Part shown: one piece after another, positions 38,476 through 52,799 of the stretch
Layout: each line of letters begins with the position of its first letter
Position numbering within the stretch: the stretch's first letter is position 1
Source of the DNA: Octopus vulgaris
Lineage: Eukaryota
DNA length: 64,000 nucleotides
Assembly: GCA_951406725.2 (NCBI GenBank)
Contig: OX597832.1
Location: 33,976,001-34,040,000, forward strand
Direction: 5' to 3'
Position numbers and translations under genes: made by a program
Notes under the pieces: model-generated
Databases searched by the model: none
Told to the model about the DNA's origin: nothing
What the model saw: the letters and a program-made list of their open reading frames with translations, nothing else

Positions 38476-39359
38476 TGTGTGTGTGTGTGTGTCCCCGCGT
38501 ATATATACATTCATAAAAGATACATATAAGTACGTAGATGCAATGTATATCCATATATGTACATAATATATATCTATATATATGTAGGTATGCATATATA
38601 CATATAGATTTATATGTATATATGTGTATGCGTAAGTATATATTTATATATGTATGTATAGATAGATATGTTTCCATATAGATATATTTGTGTGTGTATA
38701 TATATATATATATATTATGTTTGTATGCATGTATGCTTCTATGTATCTGTTTACATATATACATATGTGTATTGTGTATATGTATGTGTGTGCGTGACAA
38801 AACCTGCAACATGCCTTTGGCAGACATTTAACGAAGTACCAATATCAAATAAGCTGAGTTAACTCAGTAGAGACATTGGCAATTTCCGTTACTTAACCAA
38901 GATTCAAAGACTCGCTGATTACCAAATCTAATATTGCATTTTAAAAGGAAATCGGACATTCCAGAAACAGCAAAAGTTCCACACGAATATTTATAAATGG
39001 ACGCCTATTATTTGTTTAACCTCAGGTGAATGTTATACGTTGGTTGGTAAAATGATCAATTAGTCTCCAATGGAGGAGTTCAATAACATTCACCTTCGAT
39101 ACTCAATTTACGAGTTCGAATGAGGTATGAAGTGGTTTGGTAATTATCTGTCATTCTGGGAGTTTCTGGTGTTTGTCCGCTTGACAGATTTTTTAAACAT
39201 ATATTAATAAACATAAGATATAATATTACAATTTATTCATACTTTCTATTCCACACGCATAAGAATATGTGTGTCTGTGTGTCTGTGTGTGTGCCTCTGT
39301 GTGTGTGTGTGTCTGTGTGTGTGTGTGTCTGTGTGTGCATAATGTAACTACATGTAGAT

Positions 39360-39545
39360 CGTTGGTGATTTCTTTCCTCCGTTTTCCTTTTCTCTTGGAC
39401 TTTCCTCTGTCTCCTGTTTCCGAAGATGTCCTTTCCTCGAAATTTTACAAAACCCTTTTTTTCTATCTCTGAGCCTCTTATTAATACTTTCCATGCACCA
39501 CGTTACTTGCGTTGTTGTGTTTTTTTTGTGTATTTTTCAGTTTTA
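39360..39545 (+). mobile_element. PLE pLTR-like repeat with a degenerate hammerhead (39416-39453); related 3' fragment at 37888-37981(-)
   Basis: GTTT-CCGAAGA-...-CTC-GAAA-...-AAAC with decayed stems II and III. Downstream ctgagc.tc..taatact..ccacgt...gcgttgttgtg matches the reverse complement of 37888-37981. Confidence 0.5.
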
Positions 39546-39547
39546 TC

Positions 39548-39596
<49 letters not shown>

Positions 39597-39609
39597 CTGA
39601 ATAGAATAG

Positions 39610-39690
39610 AAAACAAAGTTCTTTTATTCCACGGGTAGAAATATAGGGAAAATAAAAGTTAAAAATGCACTGAGAACAGTTTAAACAGTT
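39610..39690 (+). repeat. Interspersed repeat end (second copy 54512-54590)
   Basis: aacaaagtt..ttattccac..gggtagaaatata..aaaatgcactgagaa.agtt is shared. Confidence 0.8.
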
Positions 39691-40113
39691 ATATTTAAAG
39701 ATGGTTTCCACTGATTTTCAAAAACTTGAAATAGAAAGACGTGGCTTGTGTCGCTGTTGTCTGGCTTCTGACCAGTGTTTGAAGTTTGCCCCGTTTTTAT
39801 AGGGAGTTCATGGCTCAAATTAGTGTATGTTTTGTATAGGATTTGATTGGTAGAGGATAGTCACATGACTGGTCTTGGAAATGTTTGTAGTTTCCCCGCT
39901 ACGTCCTTCTGTTACTACCAAGTGACAATGTTGGGCGTCGTTAGTTCAGGCTGACACGGTTGACAGGACATATCTAGTGACGATACCAAACAATCCATTC
40001 TCTGAATGTTTCCTGTCAAGTACTTGTAGAGAAGGAACACGTGATTCACTTTAGAACTTTTTGTACGGTTCCCGCTACGTCTGTGCGGTAGTGTCACGCG
40101 CATAAAATTATTA

Positions 40114-40150
<37 letters not shown>

Positions 40151-40819
40151 CGCAGGCGTGTCTGTGTGGTAAGAAACTTCCTTGACAACCACATACTTCC
40201 GGGTTCACTACCATTGTGTGAAAAAGAATGCAAAAAAACAAAGCAAAATGTAGTGGAAAGACATCGAACAGTTTTATTGTTTTGCTTCAAAGGCAACAGA
40301 TATTTCGACAGTCGTAAAAGGAAAATGTAAAAGAAGTTTGAATTGTCAACCCACGCACAAATTCACTATCAACGATTCCGACAGGATTTCCCTGTCCTCC
40401 ATCTTCACAAAAGCAACGGGAATGTTCCATTTGGGAATCATGCAGAGACCACGCAAAAATGTGACAAATTATTGTACCTCTACAGCGGGAAACCATTTTT
40501 GAAATTTTGTATATAAAATGTGTGTTTGTGTGTGTGCGTGCGTATGTGTGTGAGAGAGAGTATGTGCGTGTGTGTTTATATATATATATATATATGTCTA
40601 ATCCTTATACAAAATTTGAAAATACACCTACATGAATTGCATATCTGCTTTGAACCTCCCAGAGCTGCAGTTCAGATCTTTGTGGATCTTAAAAGGTCTT
40701 TGAGGCCTCCTTTAGATTTTCAGACCTTATGGCATAACAGCATTGACAGGTATGCACAAATAGATAGGCAGAGTATGTGTGTGTGTGTGTGTGTGTGAAT
40801 GAATGAATGTATGTAGTTA

Positions 40820-41090
40820 TGCAAAAAGAAAAAACACATGGGTTAAGGTTCACTACAGCTGTTTTAGTTGCGTTTTTTTCTGTTGATGAATATCCCGTTA
40901 TGTTGCCAAAATGAGATGGTCGACAGATATTCAGTATATTGGTATAGTTTTCGAACCAAATTTTAAATCTTACATTTTTACTCTGTATAAAATGTAGTTT
41001 TTTTTCATGATGTAATCGGTTTATTCATCAATAAAATCGTGTCTAAAACAGCTGTAGTGAACATTAACCCATTTCTATTTTTTCTTTATA
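40820..41090. mobile_element. Fold-back element with degenerate hammerhead halves
   Basis: Arms ~40820-40900 and ~41012-41090. Both carry AAAC-AGCT-GTA-GTGAAC, but with TAAAAC in place of GAAAC. Confidence 0.7.
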
Positions 41091-41382
41091 TAAATCCCTC
41101 ACCTGAATCTTCCCTACTTACGATTTGAATGTCACAGTGAATCGTGAAACTGCAAGACAGCGTGCATGGGTATATAATTTCATACACGCATAATAATTTG
41201 CATGTATATATTGATGTGTCCATGTATATGTACGCGTTTGCACAGGTTCATATAATGCATGCGGAAGTCTCTGTATGCTGGAATGTCTGCGAAAGGTATA
41301 TAGACCGACATGCTGATCTCCACCCTAACCAGGTGATTTTACCATTAAAATACCTTGATTCAAATGAATCCTACAAATAATT

Positions 41383-41496
41383 ATATATATGTGTGTGTGT
41401 GTATATATATATATTTATATATATATATGTATGTATGTATATGTATATATATATGTATGTATATATATATATGTATGTATATATATATATGTATGT

Positions 41497-41537
<41 letters not shown>

Positions 41538-41780
41538 TGTATGTATGTATATATATATGTATGTATGTATATATATGTATGTATGTATATATATGTATGT
41601 GTATATATATGTATGTATATATATATGTATGTATATATATATGTATGTATATATATATGTATGTATATATATATGTATGTATATATATATGTATGTATAT
41701 ATATATGTATGTATATATATATGTATGTATATATATATGTATGTATGTATATATATATGTATGTATGTATGTATGTATTA
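41383..41780. repeat. (TATG)/(TA)n microsatellite
   Basis: Directly visible. Confidence 0.98.
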
Positions 41781-42041
41781 ATAGTCACATAAGCAGGTAC
41801 ATAAAAACTTTGCTTCCTGAACTTTTACAGGTGTTATTAAGATCTCTTATGCGAAAGAACTTGCGTAGGTTATATTTTTAATTTTAAAAACATCCAGTCA
41901 ATCTTCAGCGAAATATATAAAACTATTAGAAAATAAATTCGTGTCGCAAGTAAGTAGATATAAAGAGGAACAATAGAAATATCAATTGAGAGATAAATAT
42001 ATACGTACAAATTTGTGTATATGAATATATACATATACACT

Positions 42042-42097
<56 letters not shown>

Positions 42098-43879
42098 TAG
42101 ATAGATAGATCTTTAACGTACAAACATATCTATATGTAAGTGCAGTCGCAATACGAAGTTAGAGGGTAAGACAGTAAGAACTAATGCACTCCGTTAGTAA
42201 ACCATTCAATAGTAACGAATGGTGAGAACGGGAACTAGGTCTGAAGGAAACCATTCAAAAATGGTGGAAGATAATAGAGAGAAAAATCTGGAAACGTTTC
42301 ATACGAAAACACTTTATTTCACGTAAAAGCTGAGAACGTTTCCTTGGTTCTGCGTTTCTTCTGCGAGTCTTCGTTTGGAATTCTTTTGAGCCAAATCTTA
42401 GTGAAATCTGTTTTTATATCTTCTGAATAAGTGAGAGCTGCCGGTTGTATAAGAAAACGAAGATTGTGGTTCTTCGTTTTATGATTTTCGAGGGGGAATG
42501 AGAGAAAAAAGAAGTTTGTGAATTTGTCTTCATGTCTCGGTTGTCATCATGTATGTGTGCGCGTGCATGTGAGTGTGCCTATGTGTCTTTGTGTGTGTGT
42601 TTATACATGTGTGTATATTCGTATGTTTGTGTTCATATGTGTGTGCGAGACACAATCACAGAAATTGTGTGTTAATGTGTGTTTGACTGTATCAGTGTGT
42701 ATAATATAAAACAGCAAAACTGGAGATGTTGAGATGTGGGAAAATGGAAGTAAAGAAAAATAGAGGAAAGAGGGGGAAGAGAGGAAAAGGTAAGAGAAAA
42801 CGACAAGAATATGAAAACTGTATTTTCATATTATTCAACATGTCGGTCTGTGTTTTGGATGTATTGAAGTTAATGAAGCCGGCATTGTCCGTCAAGGCAG
42901 GAGCTTAGAGTAATACCAGAATAGAAAAGTTTATTTTCCTACACAAGTCTAGGGAACGTTATACAAGAAGTCATTTTTATACTCCCTTTACTTGATTTTA
43001 AAAATCACCCTGTGGCCATGCTGGAGTGCCACTTCAAGTGTAACACATTCTGTCGACTTCCATTTCCCTCCAGCTTTATGCGTCTTTGACCGATCCACTG
43101 TGGTTTTAGACATCAGCCATGACAAGACCAATGTTTGGAAGCAAACATCTCAAAATTAAAGATGAGGAAATTATTTGCTTTATTAATTAACTTACTAATT
43201 AACTTACTCGTGTATATTTACTTAGATATAATCTCAATTATTGTAATCGCTTACGTATTCATAATTCATTTTGATAGATATATATTTTATGAGAATGATT
43301 TTGACTTTGGTATCCCAATATTCATTATTCCGGACAAAATTTTTGACGGCATTTCGTCCATTTTTACGTTCTCAGTTTAAATTTCACTGAGGTTGACATT
43401 GCCTTTCATCCTTTCGGAGTCAAAGAAATACGTACCAGTTGAACACTGGGGTCGATGTAAACAAATTACAGCCTCCCCTCACAAACTGCTAATCTTGTGC
43501 CAAAATTTGAAACCAATTTTCACAATCTCCGATAACTTTCCTGTGAAAACATTTCCGTTCACGTTCAGACAGCCACTCTTACACTGTTTTTAAACGTTTA
43601 TTTTTTCTATGTGTAAGTGAGTGTGTGCGTGTGTGTTTGTGTGTGTATGCAAGTGTACGTATATGTGTACGCACGGGGGAACGTGCGTAAGTGCGCTAGA
43701 GAGAGAGAGAGAGAGATGCTCAAACCATCATCTTTATTAATAACATTAACAATACTATCCAATGATCCGAAAGAGACAAAATGCCAGATGTCCAAAATAG
43801 ATATCTATATATATGTGCTCAAAAATATATATGTCCAAAATAGATACCATATATATGTCAGAAATAGATGCCATATATA

Positions 43880-44130
43880 TATATGGTCAATTCCCTGTTC
43901 GCTATGCGGTATCTTCCAACTGTTACTCATATACCAACAACATAGCACGACCTTTCTCAACCAATCGCAGCCAACCTTATGCATCAGCATACAGACATGG
44001 AACTTGTAAACGAATTATTAAATGTCATCTTTTCCTCACTGAAAAGCTCTTCATCATGTTCCAAGATAAAAATGCTTTGAACCAGAGACGCGAGCTCTTA
44101 AATTCCTGCAGGCACGCCACAAAATTTTAA
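43880..44130 (+). mobile_element. Penelope-like element GIY-YIG C-terminal remnant
   Basis: KCHLFLTEKLFIMFQDKNALNQRRELLNSCRHATKF* resembles the PLE C-terminus C.LCL.EK..I...LN.R.EL...CRH..KF. Preceded by ~21 bp tandem repeats (43785-43885). Confidence 0.7.
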
Positions 44131-45269
44131 ATATCAACCGACAAAATACCGTATGGGTAATATTTTTTGACTTTCAAAATATATTTTGACTGTCGCATTT
44201 GAATCTGACTTTACAATATATGGTTATTTTGCATGGCAACGATGAGGTATATATTTCGACTTAATGTTTAAGAAAGCCTTCGACTATTTTATAAATTTAA
44301 TTTTAAGCTTAAACTTCGCCAAGGTTCATTTTTATTATTTTATTTTTACTCACCTATTTAATTACGTTACAACAGAGATACAAGGCTCCGTCTTGGGGGT
44401 ATAGTTAAAACAGACGGATTCACATTTGGAACTTGGGAAAAGTCTCGCATACTTTTACTGTTCCACTCTCAGATTGCACTTTTCGTTTAACAATCTACTT
44501 GATAAACTAATTATCTTATTATGGGTCAGAGGGAAAATATATCTTATGTCGATATTTCTGAAGTCGGTCTCCCTGTATAAAACATTTTTGTCCCGAAAAT
44601 TCCTTGCAGTTGTCGCCGAAGCTTTTCTCGTTAACACGTTTGTTACTTAAAACGAAAGTACGACTTCTCAAACCGGAAAGTACCTGCATCAGTACCACTC
44701 CATCCTACACATTACTGAAATGGTTTCCCCCGCATCCTTCGTTATTAATAGGAATACAAAATAGTGTGCTTCCATATAATTCTCCTTTCTTCGTTATGGT
44801 TTTAGTCAGATTTCAAAGACTTAAATCCACTTGAATTTCATTAAACATGTTCATATGTTGTATACTTTTCAATTCCAAACCCCCAGGTGAACGTGTCCAC
44901 CTTCATAAGAAGCGCTGGTGTTATAAGACATTTGAAAATCACTGTTTCTACATCAATCTTTTGTTATTTGAAATATACGTCTCAATGCATTGTTTGTTTG
45001 GAGCCTCACAGCTGGTTGTAAGATTCAGGAACATATCTTAAACGCTTCTTCAAATATATTTATGTATAATTTACGGTTTCAAAACTTCGAAAAGAGATTT
45101 GCAATCAAAAAGCTATTAAATCTACTATCAAGAGAAAACAACCATACAAATTCACAGGTAAGTAGCGAGTATTTTCTAAAGTTGCTTTTCCTGTCAGTAT
45201 TTGTAGATTCTAGAAGTAGAATCACTTCCTACACCGAAACAATTGCTGTTTCCAGCTTTCACTTTCTTT

Positions 45270-45432
45270 TCTACTCTAAGCACAAAGCCCGAAATTATGA
45301 AGGGGGGGGGAGCCCAGTCGATTAAAGCGACCCCAGTAAGTCGAACTCGGCGGAATTTGAACTCAGGACGTAAAGACAGACGAAATACCGCTAAGCATTT
45401 CGCCCAGCGTGCTCATGATTCTGCCAGCGCGC
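45270..45432 (-). mobile_element. SINE family B (internally deleted)
   Basis: gtcgatt...cgaccccagta|agtcga.ctcggcggaatttgaactcag..aaataccgctaagcatttcgccc.gcgtgct. Confidence 0.85.
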
Positions 45433-45601
45433 CAACTTCATTATGGCAAATACAAAGCATTGTACAGCACGTCCCAGAACTGTCTTTCCTCTAGAAACCT
45501 TGAATAACGTCAAATAGATTGGTTCCAGCTGTTATATTTGCATTTACTCAAACTATAGTAGTGCGCACTATCGTCAAACAAAAAACATGGAGACACCCCC
45601 C

Positions 45602-45651
<50 letters not shown>

Positions 45652-45739
45652 TTGTTATCGCCATATTAATATGGCATTGTTATAGATATAAGAATAAACG
45701 CTGCCGCTGACTAGCATGCGTAATAGTCAATAGACAACG

Positions 45740-45976
45740 TATTTTTCATATAAATTAGAGTACGTTTCTATACAGAACACCTTACATGCTGAAAAGGGCA
45801 GTTAAACCCAAACCACGGATAAGAATAATTTCAAAGGAATGTTTTTTTTTTTTTTCATTCCCTTGGAAATTACTCTTATCCGTGGTTTGGGTTTTAGCTG
45901 CAATTTTCAGCATGTAAGGTGTCCTGTTAGTCACCTATTTTGTGTATAGAAATATCCACTAATTTATATGAGAAAT
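45740..45976. mobile_element. Fold-back element (arms 45740-45841 / 45856-45976, poly-T loop)
   Basis: caccttacatgctgaaaa..aaacccaaaccacggataaga.taatttc pairs with gaaatta.tcttatccgtggtttgggttt..ttttcagcatgtaaggtg. Confidence 0.9.
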
Positions 45977-46051
45977 ATATATATATACATATATTCAGAA
46001 TGAGATAAAAAAAATCAAGGGGTGTGAAGATTTTAGAACATTTATAAATAG

Positions 46052-46099
46052 GTCTTACAGCTGTTTCCAGTATATTTATTATATCCATTCATCGGAGAC
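46052..46099 (-). ncRNA. Minimal hammerhead, same family as 19084-19135
   Basis: Minus strand: GTCT-CCGATGA-ATGGATATAATAAATATACTG-GAAAC-AGCT-GTA-AGAC. The flanks (tctcacac..; tataaatg.tctaa.atct..ccttg.tttt.tatctcatt) are also homologous. Confidence 0.8.
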
Positions 46100-47378
46100 T
46101 GTGTGAGAAAATGGTTATATATGTATACTGTGTATATATGTATCTTATATACACATATAATAGTTATAATGCGGTACTCTGAAAATATATATTAACTGAT
46201 ATAGATGTATGTATACATAGATACACAAACACGCACACACACAAACACATACACATATATATGTATATGTAGGAGTATCTATATTATTTTCGACGTGTAC
46301 TCAGAAGTTTATGCATGTACAGAAATGCATACATATATGTAAATATATGTATATATGTTCATATATATAGATCCATACATACATAATCACGTATGCGTGC
46401 ACACCAACCGTTTATCCACACATATGTACACACGTTTAAAGACAGCAAAAACATCTGTTAGCCTGTGTTGTCATTATGTGTATGCATATGTTGATATGTT
46501 TTGTGTCTAAGCTTTAGCACGTAAATGTTGCCTTCAGCGTCTCTAACAATGTATGCATACATTCATATATATATATATGTAAATATATATAAACATATGC
46601 ATGTATGCGTGTGTTGTGTGTGTTGTATATGTGTGGTGTGCGCATGCATTGTACGTGTTGTGTGTGTGGGGGGGGGCGGGGATGAAGATGCTCACATCAC
46701 AATTTGCAGTCTCTACTTTCAGTTTCGTTTTCTTGAAATTTTCTTCCGTCCTTTGTCTATTTTTCATTCTACTTGTTCTTCAAATTCTTTCGCATTTTCC
46801 AATATTTCTTTAAAATCCTCACCAAATTCTATAAACCATCCTTTTCTCTTTTACTCTCCCCCTTTTTTTGTTATATGTATGTGTGTGTGTGTGTGCGCGC
46901 GCGCGTGTGTGTGATTGTGTCTTGCAAACATTATTGCCATGATTATTTTAGTTCTTGTTTTTAAGTTTTTATTCTGATAAAATCGAAAGTATGTCTTGAT
47001 CTCTGAGGGTTTTCAAATGCAAAACTAACACAAATAGAAAAATTGTGTCGTGCGACTTTGTTTACGATTATACGCATACGCAGATCTATTAATGTATATA
47101 TATATACAGACAGATATAGAGTTTATGAGACAGATAGGTTGATAGATAGATAGATAGAGGGAGGAATAGAAAAATATGAGTCTGTATGATATGTGTGTTT
47201 ACATATATATATATATATATACATACATACATACATATATACATACATACATATATGTATACATACATACATATATGTATACATACATACATATATGTAT
47301 ACATACATACATATATGTATACATACATACATATATGTATACATACACATATATATGTATACATACATAGATATATGT

Positions 47379-47429
<51 letters not shown>

Positions 47430-47435
47430 CATATA

Positions 47436-47476
<41 letters not shown>

Positions 47477-47484
47477 CATACATT

Positions 47485-47730
47485 CATATATGGGTACCGG
47501 ATGTCACCAACGGTACAAATAACATGAAACACGTAAACAACGAGAAAAAATTGGAAAACAAAACAAGTAAACATAGAAAATGGACCCTTCATCAGTTGTC
47601 GGCTGTCTAGCTACTCTTCATTTCAAGCATTCAACGACAATATGAGTCTTCAAGAACAGTTGGTCCCATAAATTCTAAAATAACATTTAGTATTTATGGA
47701 GGGTCAAAGTTAGGAACAAAATTATGGAGG
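47485..47730 (-). repeat. Interspersed repeat, longer copy of 7240-7395
   Basis: Reverse-complement similarity; abuts a TA/TATG array. Confidence 0.75.
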
Positions 47731-49619
47731 GGCGTTAGACCAGAACAAGAGGAAAACAGTGAACGCTGGGAGAAACATTCTTTTTTTGAAAGGAAAAAAT
47801 TATAGAGATAGAAATACGTCTGCTCGTTCGAACATCTGTGAGGAAAAGAAAGATGGACGATGGTCACGTGTAAGCTACGCAAGACAAAAAGACAAAGAGG
47901 GCGAGTGAGACAAAGAAAACGTTGAAGGAGGGTGGAAGACAAAGAGGTGCGGAGGAGAAAAGGTCGGTGGAGAAAAGGGGAATTAGAGTAGGATAGAGGA
48001 AGAAAACCACATAGAGTAGAGAGTCGCATCAAAAAGGTGAAGATAAACTTAGTTGGAAATTCTGTATTTTGGAAGTTATTTTTTGTTAAAGTTGTGACAA
48101 ACGAAAAATACACCACCGATAGTTCTTGACAAACAACGGCAGTAATTTTATTCAGCTGAATACATGTCATTGATTGGTTGAAATTAACGAAATACGAGAA
48201 CTTTAACAAGAAATAACTTCCAAAATACAGAATTTTCTCAACAATGCCAAGAGTAAAAGATATTTTATGTGACACATTCTACATGTATATGAAGTTTGAA
48301 AGTGTTTAGTTACAAAAATTATTTTTTTAAATCTGTTGTTCAAAAGGTAAAATCCAAAAATAAATATCTTGTACATGCATTAAGGACACATATCTCTTTA
48401 GTCCGGCATGAACCAACGTACACACACACATAAACACACGCATGCATGTAGAGAACTAAAAGTATATATATACATGTATGTATATATAAGTAATCCACAT
48501 TAGAAGAGAGCGGTTTCTTTCATTACTCAATGAAATGGAGCAGCTTGAAACAGCCGTAATTTATTGACACCTGTACATTATTGCTACTTATTTGCACTCT
48601 GTTCACCTAGCTTGGAGCTGTGCAGACTACACTGAAATGGCAAGGTGGCTCAATTTAAGTACCTAATTCAACTGAATCTTTTTATGTGTGTGTGTGTGTG
48701 TGAATAAGAGAAATGGATTGAACTGTATTCTTTATTTCAAATCACAACAATTGTTTCCACACACCGTTTCACCCGTATTTGGATGAGATGCCATGAATAA
48801 TATTCTGTGTAATCACTATCATCTATCAAAGGTGCAAGATGCATTTGGTGATAGTTTTAATTACATTATTCCTTAGAATGTTGTCATTTCGCTGCATGAG
48901 GATGAATACCCAAAGCTGTGTGGTCTTTTCAGCAATTTAACACAAATGTGTGTGCGTGAGTTAGAGGTTGAGAAACCAACCAACTAAGGGATAGTACCTA
49001 TCCAATATATTGCTGGTAGTTTACCCGATTATTCATACCCGAATGCATGTTATTGGGTGGCAATCTCGCAATTGAGTGTTATATATGGCCGGGAATGAAA
49101 GCAGTTTACCCTTAATGTATACGGCAAATAAGAAAGTGGAGAGGATACAAAAACGACATACATCAGTCGGTAGTCATTCTAGTATGTCTATTTATTCCAA
49201 AGTAATTGAATGTACTAGAAGAATGCATACACATGTAATAAACATGCGTTACACATGTAGTAATATTATAGAAAACAGCAAAAGATCAGATCGTCAGTAG
49301 GTGCAAGTTCCTTACGGCCGTTTCTGCCCAGAGGCAATGAAATCCTCCATGCCATCTCCATCTCTTTAATGTTCTGTAGGGATGGGCAGATAAAGTTTGG
49401 ATGATGAGTGTGCCTCTAGGCTTCTTCAGAGGGTCTAAGTGGTTGGGAGGGCTAATATATATAAGAAACAGTTAACAATAGGCACAGTGTATTTGCATTG
49501 TTGGAAAGGGTAGAGAAAGTATAGGAGCAAACATGGAAGCTACCTCATGGTATTGCATTAGACTGTTTATCATTATTATTATCATCATCATCATCATCAT
49601 CATTATTATTTTTATTATG

Positions 49620-49810
49620 AAAGCTACCTACTGCATGAATCGTCAACATGCTCGCCAAAATGCTCACCAGCATTTTAAAACATTATTTAGATCAAATTCC
49701 GACGAGGTCGACTTTGCCTTTCATCCTTTCAGAATCAATAAAATAAGAACTGGAGTCGATGATATCGACCTGCCCTTTATTAGGTCTTATGTCTATAGCA
49801 GAAACGATTA
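49620..49810 (+). mobile_element. SINE family B (degenerate)
   Basis: tcaaattccgacgaggtcgactttgcctttcatcctttc..aataaaataag.actggagtcgat, with a (TAT)n tail. Confidence 0.8.
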
Positions 49811-49856
<46 letters not shown>

Positions 49857-50501
49857 CGGAATTTGCAAATTTACTTTCATGTGTTACAGTCCCCACACCG
49901 CGCGAAGATTCTGCGGTCTCTACTATTTCTGTCATTTGGGGGAGGAGGGGAGGGGGGGGGGCTACTTTTTTTCTTTTTTAGTTTTTGTGAAAATCGCCAT
50001 AATCACCAAGAGACTGTCTCTCCGAAAGTAACTTTACACCTAATGTCAAGTATTGCTAACAAAGATGTATGACGTTGTCTTACACGATAACAAAATGACG
50101 AGTTTAGTTTTACCGAAAAGAAATATATCAAGGAGACGTGATACAATATATATATATATACAACGATATAATATACTGTGATATATATATCTGTGTGTTT
50201 GTGTATGTATGTATAATATATATGCATAATATACTCTAATATATATGTCAAGCATTCACAAGTTCTCAAGTGTTAGACGAACATTTTCTAAAATTAATAA
50301 CGTATATACACTGCTTTCTTTTATTTTATTTTTGTTTTCATTTTATTTCATTTCGTTTCATTTCCTTCGAAAAATTTGAAGACTTTTTATATTTGTGTCT
50401 CTTCCTCTGACTAACTCCATTATTTTTACCAATAAACTTTCTGTATATGACATAAACCGTTTTCTTTCTGTACTTATGCGTGTGTATGAATGTATGTATA
50501 C

Positions 50502-50569
<68 letters not shown>

Positions 50570-50630
50570 ATCTGTCTGTCAGTGTGCCTGTCTGTAGTGG
50601 GCAAAAGTCACGTGCTCCAGAGAGTGTTAT

Positions 50631-50676
50631 GCTCACGATCGTTTCACGTGATCTATTCCTAGATACGTCAGTGTGC
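50631..50676 (-). ncRNA. Degenerate hammerhead remnant
   Basis: Minus strand: GCACA-CTG-ACGT-ATCTA-GGAA-TAGAT-C-ACGT-GAAAC-GATC-GT. Stem II and the palindrome ACGATCGT are intact; the core and cleavage triplet are damaged. Confidence 0.4.
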
Positions 50677-50794
50677 TGTCCTCTTGAAGAAGATACTTCA
50701 TGTCCCGCTGCTCCTCCAGAGTTCTAAGCTCGTCTGTCCATCGCACTATCACAAATATAAAACTTAGATTAGGTCACGTTTACATCTTGTGCGT

Positions 50795-51522
50795 ATTGGT
50801 TTCAAATTTTGGCACGAGGCCAGCAATTTCGAGGGAGGGTGTATGTCGATTACCTCGACCGCCAGAGCTGGATTAGTACTCATTCTATCAACACTGAAAG
50901 GATGAAAGGCAAAGTCGACCCAAACAGAATTTGAACTCGGAATGAACTTGGATGGACGGAATGCCGCTAAACATTCTTCCCAGCGTGCTAACGATTCATC
51001 CGCCTTAAATATATATTTAATATATAATTTCTCACTGGATGGAATACTTTTTGTTGATCTCACCAATGACGAAACAGTACATTATATAAACATATTTGTA
51101 TGTGCGTGTGTGTATATGTATATATATATATATTTGTTACGAGTTTCGGTACAAAGCCAGGAGGTTTCGGCTGAGAGGCTAAGTCGATTAAATCGTCTGC
51201 AGTGTTGAAGCGGTACTTAGTTTATCAACTCCTGAAATGGTGCAGGCCAAAGTCAACCTCTGCGGTCGAATGTATTAGAAGAATTCAGAACATAAAGATG
51301 GACAAAATGCCTCTAATCACTTCGGCCGGCATCCTAAAGACTCTGCTAGCTCGCCGCCATAGCAAAGTTGTATACCTTAATATGGTAGTCAGGTGGTACT
51401 TATTATTTTGACGAAAGGCATAGCTGAGCTCGGAGGAATTTTGAACTCAGAATGTAAAGACGGACGAAATGTCGTTAAGCATTTGGTCTGATGTGCTAAT
51501 AATCGTACCTATCTCGCTGCCA
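50795..51522 (-). mobile_element. Three SINE family B copies in series (50795-51006, 51140-51360, 51390-51522)
   Basis: Each shows parts of gaaaggcaaagtcgacc..gaatttgaactc.gaa..gacggacgaaat.ccgctaagcatt..ctcgccgcc. Confidence 0.8.
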
Positions 51523-51544
51523 TACGTATATATATTTGGAACAT

Positions 51545-51765
51545 AAGGCTGGCATTAAATTCACTGGGAGTTCTTTTATTATCAAAGTAGGATTCCTTGG
51601 AAGTGTTCCCTCTAGCATTTCGTCATCCAATTACTCAAGTTTTCTCGATCTAGGCACATCAAGCAAATTGGAATTGCCACATCTGTATTTTTTTTTAGCT
51701 ACCTTTCGCAAGTTTTTTTATTCGCTTCGTCTTTACTATAAGCCTTTTGAACATTTTCGGTTCCT
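51545..51765 (-). pseudogene. Mariner transposase N-terminal HTH remnant
   Basis: AYSKDEANKKTCER*..YRCGNSNLLDVPRSRKLE*LDDEML.....NPTLIIKEL matches mariner YG...RT..WF.KFR.G...L.D..RSGRP...D..L...NP..T..EL. Confidence 0.65.
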
Positions 51766-52094
51766 TCCCTTGCATTCGAACCTCGACTAATGCACTCTCT
51801 GGTTCTGTGATGATGTTTTCAGAGAGAAACTTAATATACTAAAACATGGTTGTTGCCCTGCGGGGAATTTCCATGGAATGGTTATGCATCAGTGAATGTC
51901 ACCAATATTTAGTGATTCAACAACAACATTTCAATATATTCATGCGGTTAATCTGATGGAAATTTCCTCGGAACCTGATACGTAATATAAATGCAATCGC
52001 ACGTACATAAACGCATGCGCATATAGAAATGGTTGTGTGTACATGTGTGCGTTTCTGTGTTTGTGTGTGCGTATTTGTGTGTGTGTATATGTTT

Positions 52095-52450
52095 TACCTC
52101 TTCTTTCACTTATTTCAGTCATTAGACCACGGTCATGCTGGAGCACAACTATAAAGTGTTTTAGTCGAACAGACGGAAACCAGTATTTACTTTCTCACTG
52201 TGTCTTTTACTTTCTCTCGGTGTCTTTTGTTGAACTACTAAGTTACGGGGTCGTAATCACACCAACATCGGTTGTGAGCGACTGAGGAACACAGACATAA
52301 ACACACACACACATATGACAGGCTTCTGTACAGTTTCCGACTGCCAAATTCACTCACGGGGCATTGTTCGGACCGAGACTATAGTAGGACTGAACTCGAA
52401 ACCACGTGGATGCAACGTGATTTGCTTAAATACATAGCTATGTCTGTGCT
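52095..52450 (-). mobile_element. SINE family A, both halves collinear around an (AC)n tract
   Basis: tttcagtcatt.gacc.cgg.catgctggagcac..ctaagttacgggg..caccaacatcggttgt, then (ac)n, then gac.ggcttct..cagtttccg.ct.ccaaat.cactcac. Confidence 0.8.
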
Positions 52451-52799
52451 TATGGATGTGTGTGTGTGTGTGTGTGTCCCAAAGAAAGAAACAGAGAAGG
52501 GGAAAGAGAGAGAGGGGGGAGAGAGAAATAGAAGGAAAGGGAGGGAGAGATAGAGAGAGCTGTATTTGATGTATGTCGTCGAAATGGCAAAAGTCACACG
52601 TGACAGCCGGTAATTAATATCGAAGGACACCTTGCTGTCCTGTGCTGGAAAATTAGAAACTGTCAGTCGTTCTGACGTTGAATGATTGACGAGTGATAAT
52701 CTCATGATGGAAATATCAAGTTGTACATTGAAACAAGCGCAACCAAATGTCGAATGTGATCGATTTATATCGTACATCATAATCTATGAACGCAGAGTT

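Noticed and set aside
47694-48275. 193 aa ORF on the minus strand
   Set aside because: It derives largely from a pyrimidine-rich stretch adjoining an interspersed repeat and has no domain motif.
48741-48800. Full hammerhead on the minus strand
   Set aside because: Only GAAAC-AATT-GTT-GTGAT is clear and the core is unrecognisable, so it is counted only as a stem III palindrome.
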